In this document: positions 50,197 through 62,200 of the stretch, piece after piece
Position numbering within the stretch: position 1 is the first letter of the stretch
How the letters are laid out: every line of letters starts with the position of its first letter
NCBI GenBank assembly: GCA_043228905.1
Contig: JBHGNT010000014.1
Coordinates: 5,208,001-5,272,000 of the forward strand
Source: Azolla caroliniana
Taxonomy: Eukaryota > Plantae > Polypodiophyta
DNA length: 64,000 bases
Direction of reading: 5' to 3'
Program-made: the position numbers and the translations under genes
Notes under the pieces: model-generated
Told to the model about the DNA's origin: nothing
Seen by the model: the letters and a program-made list of their open reading frames with translations, nothing else
The model's database searches: none

Positions 50197-53100
50197 CCAA
50201 GAGGGGAAGGAGACAACCAATGCACTCCACACACACACAGAAACACAGATTCACAGGAGTTGCAATTAACTCCGAACAATGGAGACATAACATATGTATA
50301 TGTATATATATAAATCGAAGAGTTACAACCGGCAAGCCGGCGAGTGACAGGCTCCGACGCCTGCACACACACACACACAGAACGCAAGATGGGGACTCTG
50401 TTGGAAGCACTCGGGCGTTCCGCGAAGCAGAGTCAGCCTCCCGAAAACCTGCGCAGAATGACTATGGAGAAGACAGAGGAGAAGAATTCAATTCCAGTCC
50501 GGCAGCACTTCGTCCTCCTCAATACGTGATCCCTTTTCAATACCTCTCCCTCTCTTTTATAGCCCAAGGAGGGAGGCCGTTATTACCCGTTACATCATGT
50601 TTATTCTCTGTCCTTTCAGACAGGGATACGCCTTGATTTTCTCCCTACGGAATGCGTGCTACCTAGGATTTTACCTCTGTCGACTTGTACCTATCTACGC
50701 ACTATACAACAAAACTTGTGCCCACGTGTAAGGGCCGGTTTACGCACGTTACACCCGGTTTCCACCAAGGGACGGTTTTCTCCACAACACCGTCTGTGTT
50801 TGTTGAGTTTGTTGTAAATGAGTAGATACGTCTGCCTGTATCTTGCGTAGCCACTCCAAATGATCCTCTGCAGAAGGATTTATGGGTAACTCCAAAGGTC
50901 CGAATGCACACCACCGGGGATGATAGCCCATATAAACATAAAATGGTGTAACCCTAGTTGATGAGTGGACAGAGTTATTATACACAAATTCTACAAAGTG
51001 GAGAATATCTACCCAGTCATCCTGATTTCTCGGTCCAAGGCCCCTTGTGGTCCCGCCTCGTTCTCCACGTACGCGCGTAACAACCTGACAAATTTGGTGA
51101 ACCCGACGTGAACAAGCGGCAGAGGAATAGAAAGATGAGAGGGTCGGATCTTGCAGAGGCCCTGGCTTCGGCTGCGGATCGGATAGTGAGTGCGTGCGAA
51201 GGCACAGGCGCCCTCGATAGGGCTATTGAAGCAGTCGTCGGCGCGATAGGACGGTTTGGTGGGAAGGACGCCACGAGCTACCTAGAGGCTTACTGAGCCG
51301 AAATGGTGATGAGGGACATCCCGGAGGACAGGCGATTGGCCGGATTCCCTTGAGTGGCGATGCCGGGCATCCACGCGGAGGTGCTTGAGGTACGGGCTGA
51401 GAGTCAGACTTGGGAAGAATTTGAAGGTCGGCTCCTTGAAAAATACGGGCTTGATGATGCGCTTCGGCTATCGAAGCGGGACTTCATGGAATGGGTGGAG
51501 ATCCCCGAGAAGGGCAGAAACGCGTCGGTGCTCCTTCGGGAATTTGAAGAACGCTTCCCGCGTATTTTGGCACTGGACCGGACCATATTGGACACAAGTC
51601 GTGTCCTATTGTTTGTTAAATCTGTGGACGTAAGGGACCGGGAGCAAGTGGGCTTCCTGCTCGAGACCGATGACGGCCTAACAACCGACTGGGCTATGGT
51701 AAAGAGAGTCTGCGGCCGTTTTGACAAACGGCGTGAGTGGGTCGATAAAGGCTTGACGGGGGCGGGTTTTGTTGCGACAAGGAAGGTCAAGGTACCCCCA
51801 CCAGCGCGAAGGGAAGAGACCCGAGACTGGCCCGAGACCGGCTCGACTTCGACCAGCATGGTCAAAGGCTCGTCCGGAGGAGTGGCTCTGGAGGAGTTGA
51901 CTTAGATGGTGAGGGACCTCCAGATTGCACAAGCACGGAGGGACGGCGGCGAACAAGTCCGTGACCGGATGCCTCCGGCTTGGAACTGGTGCTTGTGGTG
52001 CGACGCGGTCAACCACGCTCGAAAGGACTGCGGGGACTTCGCCGAAGCGATGAGAGCTAACGTGTTGTACCTGTGGAATGGTCGGGTGCACGCTAACGAA
52101 ACCCGAAGGGCCCTGGATCGGAATGTTGGGGCGAGGGGCTATGAAGCGGCTGATGGAAGAAGCGGTGACTCGCCATGCGGAGACCGTCCACTACTCGGCG
52201 TCGGCTGGAATCCGGGTCGGGAGTGATGAAGTCTGGAAGACGAAAGAAGCCGGATTCTGGCCATTGATGCTGGAAGGCCTCGCCAGCGTACAACTGAGGA
52301 AAGAGGAAGCGGACCACGCGAAAAGATGGGTTTGGGAGGCAACTGGGTGGAGTGACCCGGTCGAAGAGAAGACGGGCTCTGGTGGAGGACAAGTGTGCGG
52401 GTAAGGCTGGAGGAGCTGGACCCTCACAACGTTATGAGACCCAGTTAGGGCAAAGGTAGAATGATGTCGGTGCGACCGACGCACCGGATAAAGCCAAGAG
52501 GGCTGGGTACCGATTGAGCACGGAGATCGAGAGGACTACGGACCTGCGAAAGGTCCTCGAGGAATGTATCCTCGACAACAAAGTGGAACTGTCATTGAGG
52601 GAAGTGCTCAGAATCGCCAAGAAGGAGTTCCACGACTCCATCGTGGACTTGGTGAAGTGGAAAAGGCTTTCGACAGTGCCGGAGTCGGAGAAGCCGACGG
52701 AGGTGCGAACGACGCACCTAGAAGACATGGCTCTAGAAGACGAGTTGGCAGAGAGCCACTATTCAAGGCCACATTGGGCCAGAGCAACCACGGAGATCCC
52801 CATTAGGATCAGAGATGTTTAGGAGTCGGTGGTGGCGTTGGTGGACCACGGTTCAGAAATCAACTTGATGTCCATGGACTTCTACAAGAAGGGGAACTGG
52901 CCGATCAACACCAAGCACGGGTGGAAAATACGGGCAGCAACGCACGCCACGGAAGAGCTGCATGGAGCTTGCCCCAATGTACGAGTGAGAATCGGTGGGG
53001 GTGGCTTTCTACTGCCGGTGGAAGAGGACCGGTTTCGGAGAATGCCCAGGAGGCACAGAAAGGCTTTCGCATTCTCACCGGAGGAGATCGGGTGCGTAGA

Positions 53101-56100
53101 CCCGATTGTTGTGGAACCAATGGTGATCTTCACGGTACCACATGTACCGTGGAATCTCAAACCGATTCCGGTACCCAGAGCTCACATCCTAAAGTTGATG
53201 GAGCTGCTGAAACAGAAGGTGGAGATGGGCATCCTCGAACAGTCGAGTGCCCCATACTCGAATCGGTGGTTTACCGTGCCAAAGAAGAACGGCACGTTGC
53301 GCTTTATTCAAGACCTGTAGCCGGTCAACAAGGTGACCATTCGGAACGCAGGAATCGGACTGACCATAGAAGAGTTCGCGGAGGCCTTTGCTGGAAGGTC
53401 AATTTACTCAGTCGGTGATCTGTACTCGGGGTGCGATTAGTTCCACCTAGCCGTGGAGAGCAAGAACATTATGACGATGCGGACTCCTCTCGGCCTAGTG
53501 CGGATGTGTACCCTCCCGTAAGGAGGGATGAACTTGGTGGCCCACATGGTGAATGCAATGAACAAAGTGTTGAGGGATTGTATCTCGGACATCACCATGT
53601 CGTTTCTGGATGACATCCCGATCAAAGGATGTCCAGTGGAGGAGAAGGACGAGTCCGTGGGGCCCGACGGTTGTCGGAGGTTCGTGGCGGATCACATCCG
53701 CGACTACGAGAAGGTGCTACATGGACTCGAGAGAGCGCGACTCACCTTCTCTGGAGAAAAATCAGCCTTCGAACAGCTAGAGATCCTGGTAGTCGGACAC
53801 CTGTGCGGGCCTTACGGCAGGAAGCCGTCCCCGGCGAAGGTAGAAGCCATCTACGCGATGAAGGATGATTGCGGGTCGGTCACGGAGGTCCGAAGGATCC
53901 TGGGGGCATGTGCCTTCTATCACATCTGGATTCCGCACTACGCGCATGTCACGGAACCACTTTACGCGTTGCTGAAGAAAGGGCGTAAATTCGAGTGGAG
54001 AGACGAACACATGGGGTTGGTTCGGAGAGTGAAGGAGGCGCTCGCCGCAACACCGGCTCTCCGGAAAGCGGTCTACGGCAAGGAAGTCCCCATTTACATA
54101 ACGGAGGACACGAGCCCCACCGAGATCGGGTGGGTGATCAATCCGGAAGATGAAGACAACGTACGATTCCCGATCCGGTTTGTGGCAAAGGTATTGAGCG
54201 AGCGGCAGCGAGGATACACCCAAATCAAGCGCGAGCTATGGGGTATCGTTTCGGCAATCAAGGCCAACAAGGACTATCTGATCGGGACGGAAGTGATCAT
54301 CGAGACGGATTGCCTACCGATTCTGGGTATGGTTTCCGGATGCGCGACTCCGGACCTGGCGATGCTCAGGTAGATCGCGTACATCAAGTCCCTGAACCCG
54401 GAGATACGGCACATCTCCAGAAAGGATAATGCCATGACCGACATGCTTTCAAGGGCGCGGTTCAGCGACGAGGACGACATGGTTTCGGATAACGAGGAAG
54501 TCGGTGTGGACTTCTTCGAGGCGGCTTATGTAACAACAAGAAAGGGGAGCACTCCGGCGCTTAACGAATTCGACGAGAGCAAGTACGATGGGGAGTGGCT
54601 CCAGATCGGCGGGTTCCTAAAGACAATGACACCGGACGCGGCGTGGACGAAGGAAGACACCAACCGGATTCGGAAGAAAGCGTACCAATTCTTCCTACGG
54701 GACGGGAGCATATGGAAGCACCTGAAGAAGAGAAACGACATCCCGATCCGAGTGGTGGCGAAGAAAGAGGAACAGGAAGAATTGCTGACGGCATACCACG
54801 AGAGTCCCTGGGCCGGACATCACGGGACGTGGGCCACATTCGAGAAGCTAAAGGGGAAGTACTGGTGGCCGAGACTATACCGAGACTTGCATCGGGATGA
54901 GCTTCACCCGACTTACCCTCCGACCGTCCACTTCAAGTGGATGGTGGATTTGGTGACGATGTTGATGGGGGTAGGGCAGATGTGGTATTTGGTGCTGGCT
55001 CGGGAGGATCTGACGAACCAGGTGGAAGGCCGAGCGTTGCAGAACAAAACGACCGCGGCCGTGTGCCGATTTCTGATCGAAGAAGTGGTATGCCGGTACG
55101 GGTGCGTAGGTAAGATCGTGGCCGACCGCAAGGAATTGGACGTGCAAGAGGCGGAAGAGTTGTTTCACCAGCTAGGGGTTAAACTCTCGCTCACCACGGC
55201 ATACAATCCAGAGCCTAACGGGAAGGTGGAACGCGGACACGGGCCGATCATCAAAGCGTTAGTATGGGTGTGTGGAGGCCAAGTCGGGAATTGGCCGCGG
55301 CTCTTACCCTATGTGTTGTGGGCAGACCGAACTACACACAGTTCGGTAACCGGGTTCATGCTGGTAGAGCTAATGTACGGGCAGAAGCCGATCATGCCAA
55401 CGGATCAGACAATCTCCTCATGGGCCATAGTGGACTGGAAAGACGAGATGAGCCGGGAGGAGCTATTAGCGGCACGGATTCGACAGCTAGAGAGAAGACC
55501 GGAGGACATGGACTGAGCCGCGGAGAAGCTACGGGTGGCGAGGGTAAAGAACAAAGGACGGTTCGACCGGACTCACCGATTGAGACCGAAGAAGATCGAG
55601 GAAGGCGACTGGGTTCTAGTGTATGACAACAGCCTCGAGAACTAGCAGAGGGCAATGCGGAAGTTTGCAAGAAGGTGGTTCGGGCCTTATGTGGTGACAA
55701 ACGCCAACGACAATGGGACCTACCATCTCGCGGAGCTCGACGGGACAAGGATGGCGGTACCGATGACGGGGAAAAGGATCAAAGCATTCAAAAACCGGCA
55801 TGAGGCCGAACCGGAGCCGGACGACCTGGATAGTGGCAACGACCGGCTCGGAAGACGAAGCATAAGTGTGGGCCGGTCTTTTCCGACAAGAGTCTAATAT
55901 TGGCACATACTGGTGGATGCGCGGTTAGGTGGGGGCGGATGTCGTGGAGAAAACCGTCCGTAGGCGGAAACCGGGTGTAACATACGTAAACCGGCCCTTA
56001 CACATGGGCACAAGTTTTGTTGTATAGTGCGTAGATAGGTACAAATCGACAGAGATAAAATCCTAGGTAGCACGCATTCCGTAGGGAGAAAATCGAGGCA

Positions 56101-56612
56101 TATCCCTATCTGTAAGGACAGGGAATAAACATGATGTAACGGGTAATAACGGCCTCCCTCCTTGGGCTATAAAAGAGAGGGAGAGGTATTGAAAAGGGAT
56201 CGCGTATTAAGGACGACGAAGTGTTGTCGGACTGGAACCAAGTTCTTCTCCTCTGTCTTCTCCATAGTCGTTCTGCGCAGGTTTTCGGGAGGCTAACTCT
56301 GCTCCGCGGAACGCTCGAGTGCTTCCGGCAGAGTTCCCATCTTGCGTTCTGTGTGTGTATGTGCGTGTGTGCAGGCACCGGAGCCTATCACTCCCCGGCT
56401 TGTCGGTTGTAACTCTTCGATTTATATATATACATATACATACGTTCTGTCTCCATTGTTCAGAGTTAATTGCAACTCTTGTGAATCTGTGTTTCTGTGC
56501 GCGTGTGGAGTGCATCAGTAGTTTCCTTCCCCTCTTCTCATTCGGTTATTTCTCGGTCCAAGGCCCCCGTGGTCCCACCTCGTTCTCCGTGCACGCGCAT
56601 AACAACCCGACA
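50197..56612 (+). mobile_element. Element I: Trp-primed gypsy. 5' LTR split (50197-50789 inverted, 51025-51090 in place), PBS 51095-51112, gag-pol 51136-55897, PPT 55926-55939, 3' LTR 55940-56612, TSD ACGG
   Basis: Homologous to C throughout. ACGG at 56613-56616 and as the reverse complement at 50790-50793. PR-RT junction deleted near 52995. Confidence 0.88.
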
Positions 56613-56975
56613 ACGGATTATGCGGATCGTCATTGGCTTCCATCCAGTTTTAACATTGGAGATTGGGTATGGCTATTATGAACAGTATGGCTTCAAAAGG
56701 ATTTGAACCCATGACCTTGTCACACATGGGCAAACCCTTACCATTAAGTTATAAGTTGTAATACAGAAAATATTATTTCCATTTATTATTTCACTTAGGA
56801 AATCCATGTATATTCTACACTTCTCTGGAATATTCTAGAAATGTCAAGAGTATTCCTAAAGCCACTATAAAAAGAGGCACATGGCATTACCAAGAACCAG
56901 ATAGGTTCAACGCCAATCTTAAACCTCATAGCTATTCTTGTACTTACTCTTCATATAATATATCACCTGTTATCA

Positions 56976-57012
<37 letters not shown>

Positions 57013-57129
57013 TTTTCTGTTTTTATCTCTCGTGAGTTTTACACATTCCCTTCCTCTTAGTACTAATCCTCATAGTACTTCCCTTCTCTAGTACTAATTC
57101 TCTCTCTATTTTTAGTACTATTCCTGACA

Positions 57130-57328
57130 ATGTTGAGCTATGAAGAGTGGTTCTCATTTCTGGAAAAGCCGGAGCAATTGGGAGTTGTTGAAACCGGAGA
57201 TGACACTCCTCACCCGATTGTGCATGTTGGAAATGTCCCTTTAAGCCATGTCGGACAAAAGGGAAAGCTGATGAATGTACTACATCTCCAAACAATCACA
57301 AAGAACCTGGTGTCGGTCGGCTAGATCG
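57130..57328 (+). mobile_element. Copia protease-region fragment (K-like family), apparent host of H and J
   Basis: EWFSFLEKPEQLGVVETGDDTPHPIVHVG is nearly identical to ORF 62624-63355. Confidence 0.85.
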
Positions 57329-58040
57329 TGTCAGGGACACACCAAGCGTGGACTAGGACGGAGCACAGATGATGGGGCTACATGCAACAAATGAACTTGG
57401 AGCTAGATGTGACAAGGCTAGGAACTCTAGATGTTGTGAGCGACTGAGGGCATGAAGACAGAAATAAAGATCAAGGAGACAAAGATGAGGCGAAACGAGA
57501 ATACTCGATTGATGCGTCAATGACTGGTGTTGAATCCCTTGAAAGGCACGAAGGATGTTACAAGTATTTATATAACTTCCGAGATTGAATATCTCTAGAA
57601 TATTCTCGAGAAATATCTCGAGAATATACCTGTTTAGAATATATGACAGAATAATTCTAGAATATACTAATGACTAGAATATTCTCGAGAAATATCTCGA
57701 GAATATACCTGTTTAGAATATACCACAGAATAATTCTAGAATATACTAATGACTAGAATATTCTCGACTGTACTATACACTAGACTCTACAATATATACA
57801 AGTTCACAATCGAATGTGGATAATTCATAAGAGTTTCCATATGTTTAACACAACACAATGTACTATGTGTGTTAAAAGTCAAAGGTTCAAATTTATACTG
57901 TGACATTATCCCCCCTCTTATGCCGCCTTCCCAAACCGGTCGTTGGCTTAAGGGGATAGTGTTGATGAAAATCTTAGACCACCTCCAAAGTATTTTGTAA
58001 ATCCTAGACAAGGAGTAACCCTTCCAGAAGACGAGGTATT

Positions 58041-58760
58041 GAACACCAATGGGCATGAGTGACCATGTACGGTCCTTGTTGGGAATTGGAACACGAATAC
58101 CAACTGGCGTGAGTGACCATGTGTGGTCCTCATCGGGAACTGGAACATGAACAATAGTAGGCATGAGCGACCATGTCAGTCCTCGCTGGGATCTGGAACA
58201 CGAACAATAGTTGGAGTGAGCGATCATGTGTGGTCCTCAACGGAGACTGGAACACGAACAATAGCTGAAGTGAGCAACCATGTGCAGTCCTCCAAGGGAA
58301 CATGAACACCAATGAGCATGAGAACCATGTCGGTCCTCGCCAAGAGTTGGAACATGAACACCAACAGGCGTGAGCGACCATTCGACCCTCATTCAGAACT
58401 AGAACATGAACAGATTTGAGCGACCATGAGCCCCTCTCTGAGAACTAAACACGAACAGACGTGAGCGACCATCTGGTCCTAACCAAGAACTGGAAAATGA
58501 ATGGACGTGTGCGACCATGTGTGGCCCTCATGGGGAATTGAAACGTGAGCGACCATGTGTGGTCCTCATCGAAAACACGAACAGGTGTGAGCGACCATGC
58601 GGCCCTCACCGAGAACTGGAACACGAACGGACATGAGCGACCATACGGCCCTCACAGAGAACTGAACATGAACAGGCGTGAGCGACCATGCGGCCGTCAC
58701 TGAGAACTGGAACACGAACGAGCATGAGCGACCATGCGACCCTCACCGAGAATTGGAACA
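58041..58760. repeat. Degenerate ~40-60-bp tandem repeat in the J internal region
   Basis: Repeating GAGCGACCATG..CCTCA..GAACTGGAACACGAAC. Confidence 0.9.
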
Positions 58761-59150
58761 ACAACGGGCGAAGGAGTGCAAGTGATGCGGTCGACTCGAC
58801 TTCTTCCATTATGAGAGGGTAAATAGTCAAGGTTGACCCAAGACACGACACAAACGGTAGCGCCCAGCGAGAAACCCACGCGATCCCCACTAGGAAAGTG
58901 AGCGGTTGTGACCCCCACTGAAACTAGAAGGTGTGCGATCGAAATCGGTCCTCGCCAGCAGAAAGTGGCACAAGACTTGAACTATAACGAAAACGCAGTG
59001 CAAGTAAGCAATGATCCAATCCCCACCAGGAAAGTGAGTTGTTGTGACCCCCATTGAAACTGGGAAGGTGAGTGATCAAAAGCACTCACCAAAACTGTGA
59101 TGCAAAAGGGTACCTAAAAATGATGACAAGTAGTGTTTATGACGACGATG

Positions 59151-59194
59151 TGTAAGCGTAAGTGTTTGCGGAAGCGTAAAACAGAGAACAACAC

Positions 59195-59225
<31 letters not shown>

Positions 59226-62200
59226 AAAAGAGAGCAGAACACAATTTCAAAATTATATCAAGATTCTGTATACACACTGTGCTAAGTAGCACTATTTATA
59301 CTAGTCCTCTTGGGACTGACAGAAGTACCATGTACTTCGATGCTCACACGAGCATCTGACACTTACTACGAGACTATAGCTACCTAGTAGTCTATCCTAT
59401 ACTAGGCTTCCGATTGGACTGCCTGGTTACGGATTGCATCCGGCCTCCACTGCTTGCCGGTTCGGTTGCTCACCGTCATACCGATCCGTTTCGCCCGATC
59501 CGTCTCGCTTACCGGCTCTAGCTTATTCAGCCGAACCGGCTCCGGTTGAGCTTGCCGCTCAACACTCCCCCTCAAGCTCAACCTAAGGTGGGGTCGTAGT
59601 GTCGACCTCTGTGGCAGTCGGTTCTTCCAACGGACTTCTGCTGGCGTCACTCCGCCTTGCTTGCGCTCCTCGTCCGGTCCGGTCTCGTTTGCCGCGACCC
59701 CTTTGGTTCTGCGCGCCTCGACCCTCTCGGTCGGCATGTCAGCTCAATAGGCCTATCTCAGCACTCACGTTGCTGTGACTCCGGCGCTTGCCGATCCGTC
59801 GGTTCTCCCACGATGGCATCGACTTCCGTTGTGTCCGTGTCCCCTTCGCCTTCAGTCGATCCGACTCATCCGGATCCATCTGTTGATCCGAGTCAGCTGT
59901 CTCCGACTCGTTCCAGCTCTTGTCTGAATCGGTACACTCCGATTCGACTTCCGGCTTCAGGCCTCTCACCACATCGGACCACTTCCGAGTCTTGGCCTTC
60001 TCCATGCTTCCCTCGGTTTCTTCAGCCGGTGAACCGAAATCGAATTCTTCATTCGACTCTGTATCATGGTCAGTACTGTCGTGATGACCTTTGCACAACA
60101 TGCACTTCTCTTCCTGAGTGCACAACTCTTCTTCACAGCCGCTTGCTCCGACCTGTTCGGATGTGTCGACTTCCTTCGTCGACTCGGCTTCCTTCATCTT
60201 CTTGTCTCCTCTTCTTTCGGCTCTCCTCTAATCGACGGGTTCAACAATTTTTTGGCCTTTGCCCGTTTCGGTAGAGACTTTGCCCTTGCTTCTCCCCCTC
60301 AAGTGCGGCACGTCGAGATGCTGAATACCAAGCATGTCAGTAAAGTGCTGCAACTTGTCCGATCCGAGCCGCTTGGTGAAGATGTCGGCAACTTGCCGAT
60401 CCATATGAACATACCGTAGGTCAACTTCATTGCTCAGGACCCGCTCACGCACGAAGTGGTAGTGCACCTCAATGTGCTTTGTGCGAGCATGGAACACAGG
60501 GTTCCTGGCGAGCTGCAGGCTGGTCATGTTATCGCAGTAAATCAAGATCGGGGTCGACACCTCGATCCGCAAGTCTCGCAGCAGTCGCCAAAGCCAGATG
60601 GCTTCACAAGTGGCAACGGTAGCGGCCCGGTACTCAGCCTCAGTGCTTGACAAAGCAACTGTGGGCTGCTTCTTGCTGCTCCACGCAACGGCCGCACTAC
60701 CTTTGGAGAACATGTTTCCGGAAGTTGAGCGGCGATCAGACGCATCGCCGGCCTAGTCAGCATCTGTGTAACCGACAAGCTCTTCGGGTATACCTCGCCG
60801 GTATAGCAGTCCCCGGTCCTTAGTGTCACTGACATACCATAATATTCGTTGCGCGCACTAAAGATGCTCCACGGTCGGCTTCTGCATGAACTGACTTACC
60901 ATGCCGACCGGATAGCTGATGTCGGGTCGGGTGATGGTTAAGTAGATCAGGCTTCCGACAACCTGTCGGAACCGTTTCTCATTGCAGGCCGGTCCGGAGT
61001 TGGGACGGAGCTTCTGGTTCCGGTCCAGGGGTGTGGAGACAGGTCGGCAATCCGTCATGCCGAACTTATACAGCATATTCAACCCGTAATGTCGTTGTGA
61101 GAGCAATATGCCGTAAAGCGACTTCTTCAGTCGGCATACCGCCGACTTGTTCATCTCCGATTGAAATCGGGGGGGCTGAGTCATAAAGAATTCTTCTTCA
61201 AGCTCTCCTTGAAGGAAGGCGTTCTTCACATCCATCTGGTGAAGATGCCACCCCCTTGCCGCAGCAACCGCCAGTACCACACGAACCGTCGTCATCTTCG
61301 CCACAGGAGCGAAGGTCTCCTCGTAGTCGATTCTGTGGGTCTACGCGTATCCCTTCGCCACTAATCGGGCTTTGTACCAGTTAACAGAACCATCGGCGTT
61401 GTCCTTGGCCTTGTACACCCACTTGCATCCGATCGGTTTACAGTGACGGGGAGGATCAACTAGGTCCCAAGTTTCGTTGGCATCGAGTGCCCGCATTTCT
61501 TCGTCCATAGCGGCACGCCAATTTGCATCCTTTGCCGCTTCTGCGTAGCTCTCCGGCTCACGCACTTCTGTCACCTTAGTCATGTACGCATAATGATGCG
61601 CCATGTATTCATTGTACCCGTACCGCATGACAGGATCCTTCTGGCGGGTTGATCGGCGCAATGCACCGTCACCTGATTTGAGGCCCTTCTTGGCCAGTTC
61701 AGTCTTCGTTGTCGAAGATCCGCCTTTCTCCTTTATGGAGTCGGATACGCACCGATCCGACTCATCGTTGCCGGTTTCGAATTTCGGCATCTTCCTCTTC
61801 CCCTTCTCTTTGTGCGTGAACCGTTTCCTCGATTCCTTGCACGGGGAGAGCACGGCAGAGTCTCCACCACTTGCCGTCTATTCATCCGACTGGTCCATCC
61901 GACTCAGTTGCTCGTTTGGTCCACTCAACCGTAACGATTCCGGACTCTCATCTTGAGTCCCAGCTTCATCATCCTCTGCCAAGGCTGATTCCGGCTCACT
62001 GGCCTGATCTTCCGGCATTGGGTTGGGATTGGAAGTTGGAGTCGGTACGGAATACCAGGATGCCAATTCATCGAACTCGACATCCCGGCTAACTCGGACT
62101 TCCTTTGTCTGGTATACCCCTTTTTCTCTTGAGCATAGCCGACTAGGATGCATTTTTCCGATTTTGCATCTAGCTTTCTCCGCTTCTGATCCGGCACATG

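Larger units (their letters stand above)
739..57129 (+). mobile_element. Element H: fragmented Ty3/gypsy chromovirus (Tcn1-like), outermost host. Pieces at 739-1647, 38522-38901, 39383-40779, 48321-48375, 49023-49354, 50790-51026 (inverted), 56613-56676; 3' LTR ~56677-57129
   Basis: Pieces are colinear with F and G proteins: TPMEID and zinc knuckle, protease LDSGA, YADLF|MLPHH..YDCPID, RT, RNase H, AKMPRH|LEPLPIPSKSWQSISLD|ITNL..GFDAILTVVD, FLS|HQDDW, QT|DYADRH. The 3' LTR resembles the reverse complement of the G LTR and ends CTGACA. Confidence 0.8.

Noticed and set aside
49818-50636. 272-aa ORF
   Set aside because: Copia protease fragment running into the inverted LTR of I.
58041-58760. 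CRISPR-like appearance of the repeat arrays (also 28845-29160)
   Set aside because: Contiguous degenerate tandem units with no unique spacers, no cas genes, and a eukaryotic TE context.
60228-60230. Programmed stop readthrough to an env-like ORF
   Set aside because: The TAG lies at different positions in K and the 46k copy and fits CAG deamination; the extension is hydrophilic with no transmembrane segment.
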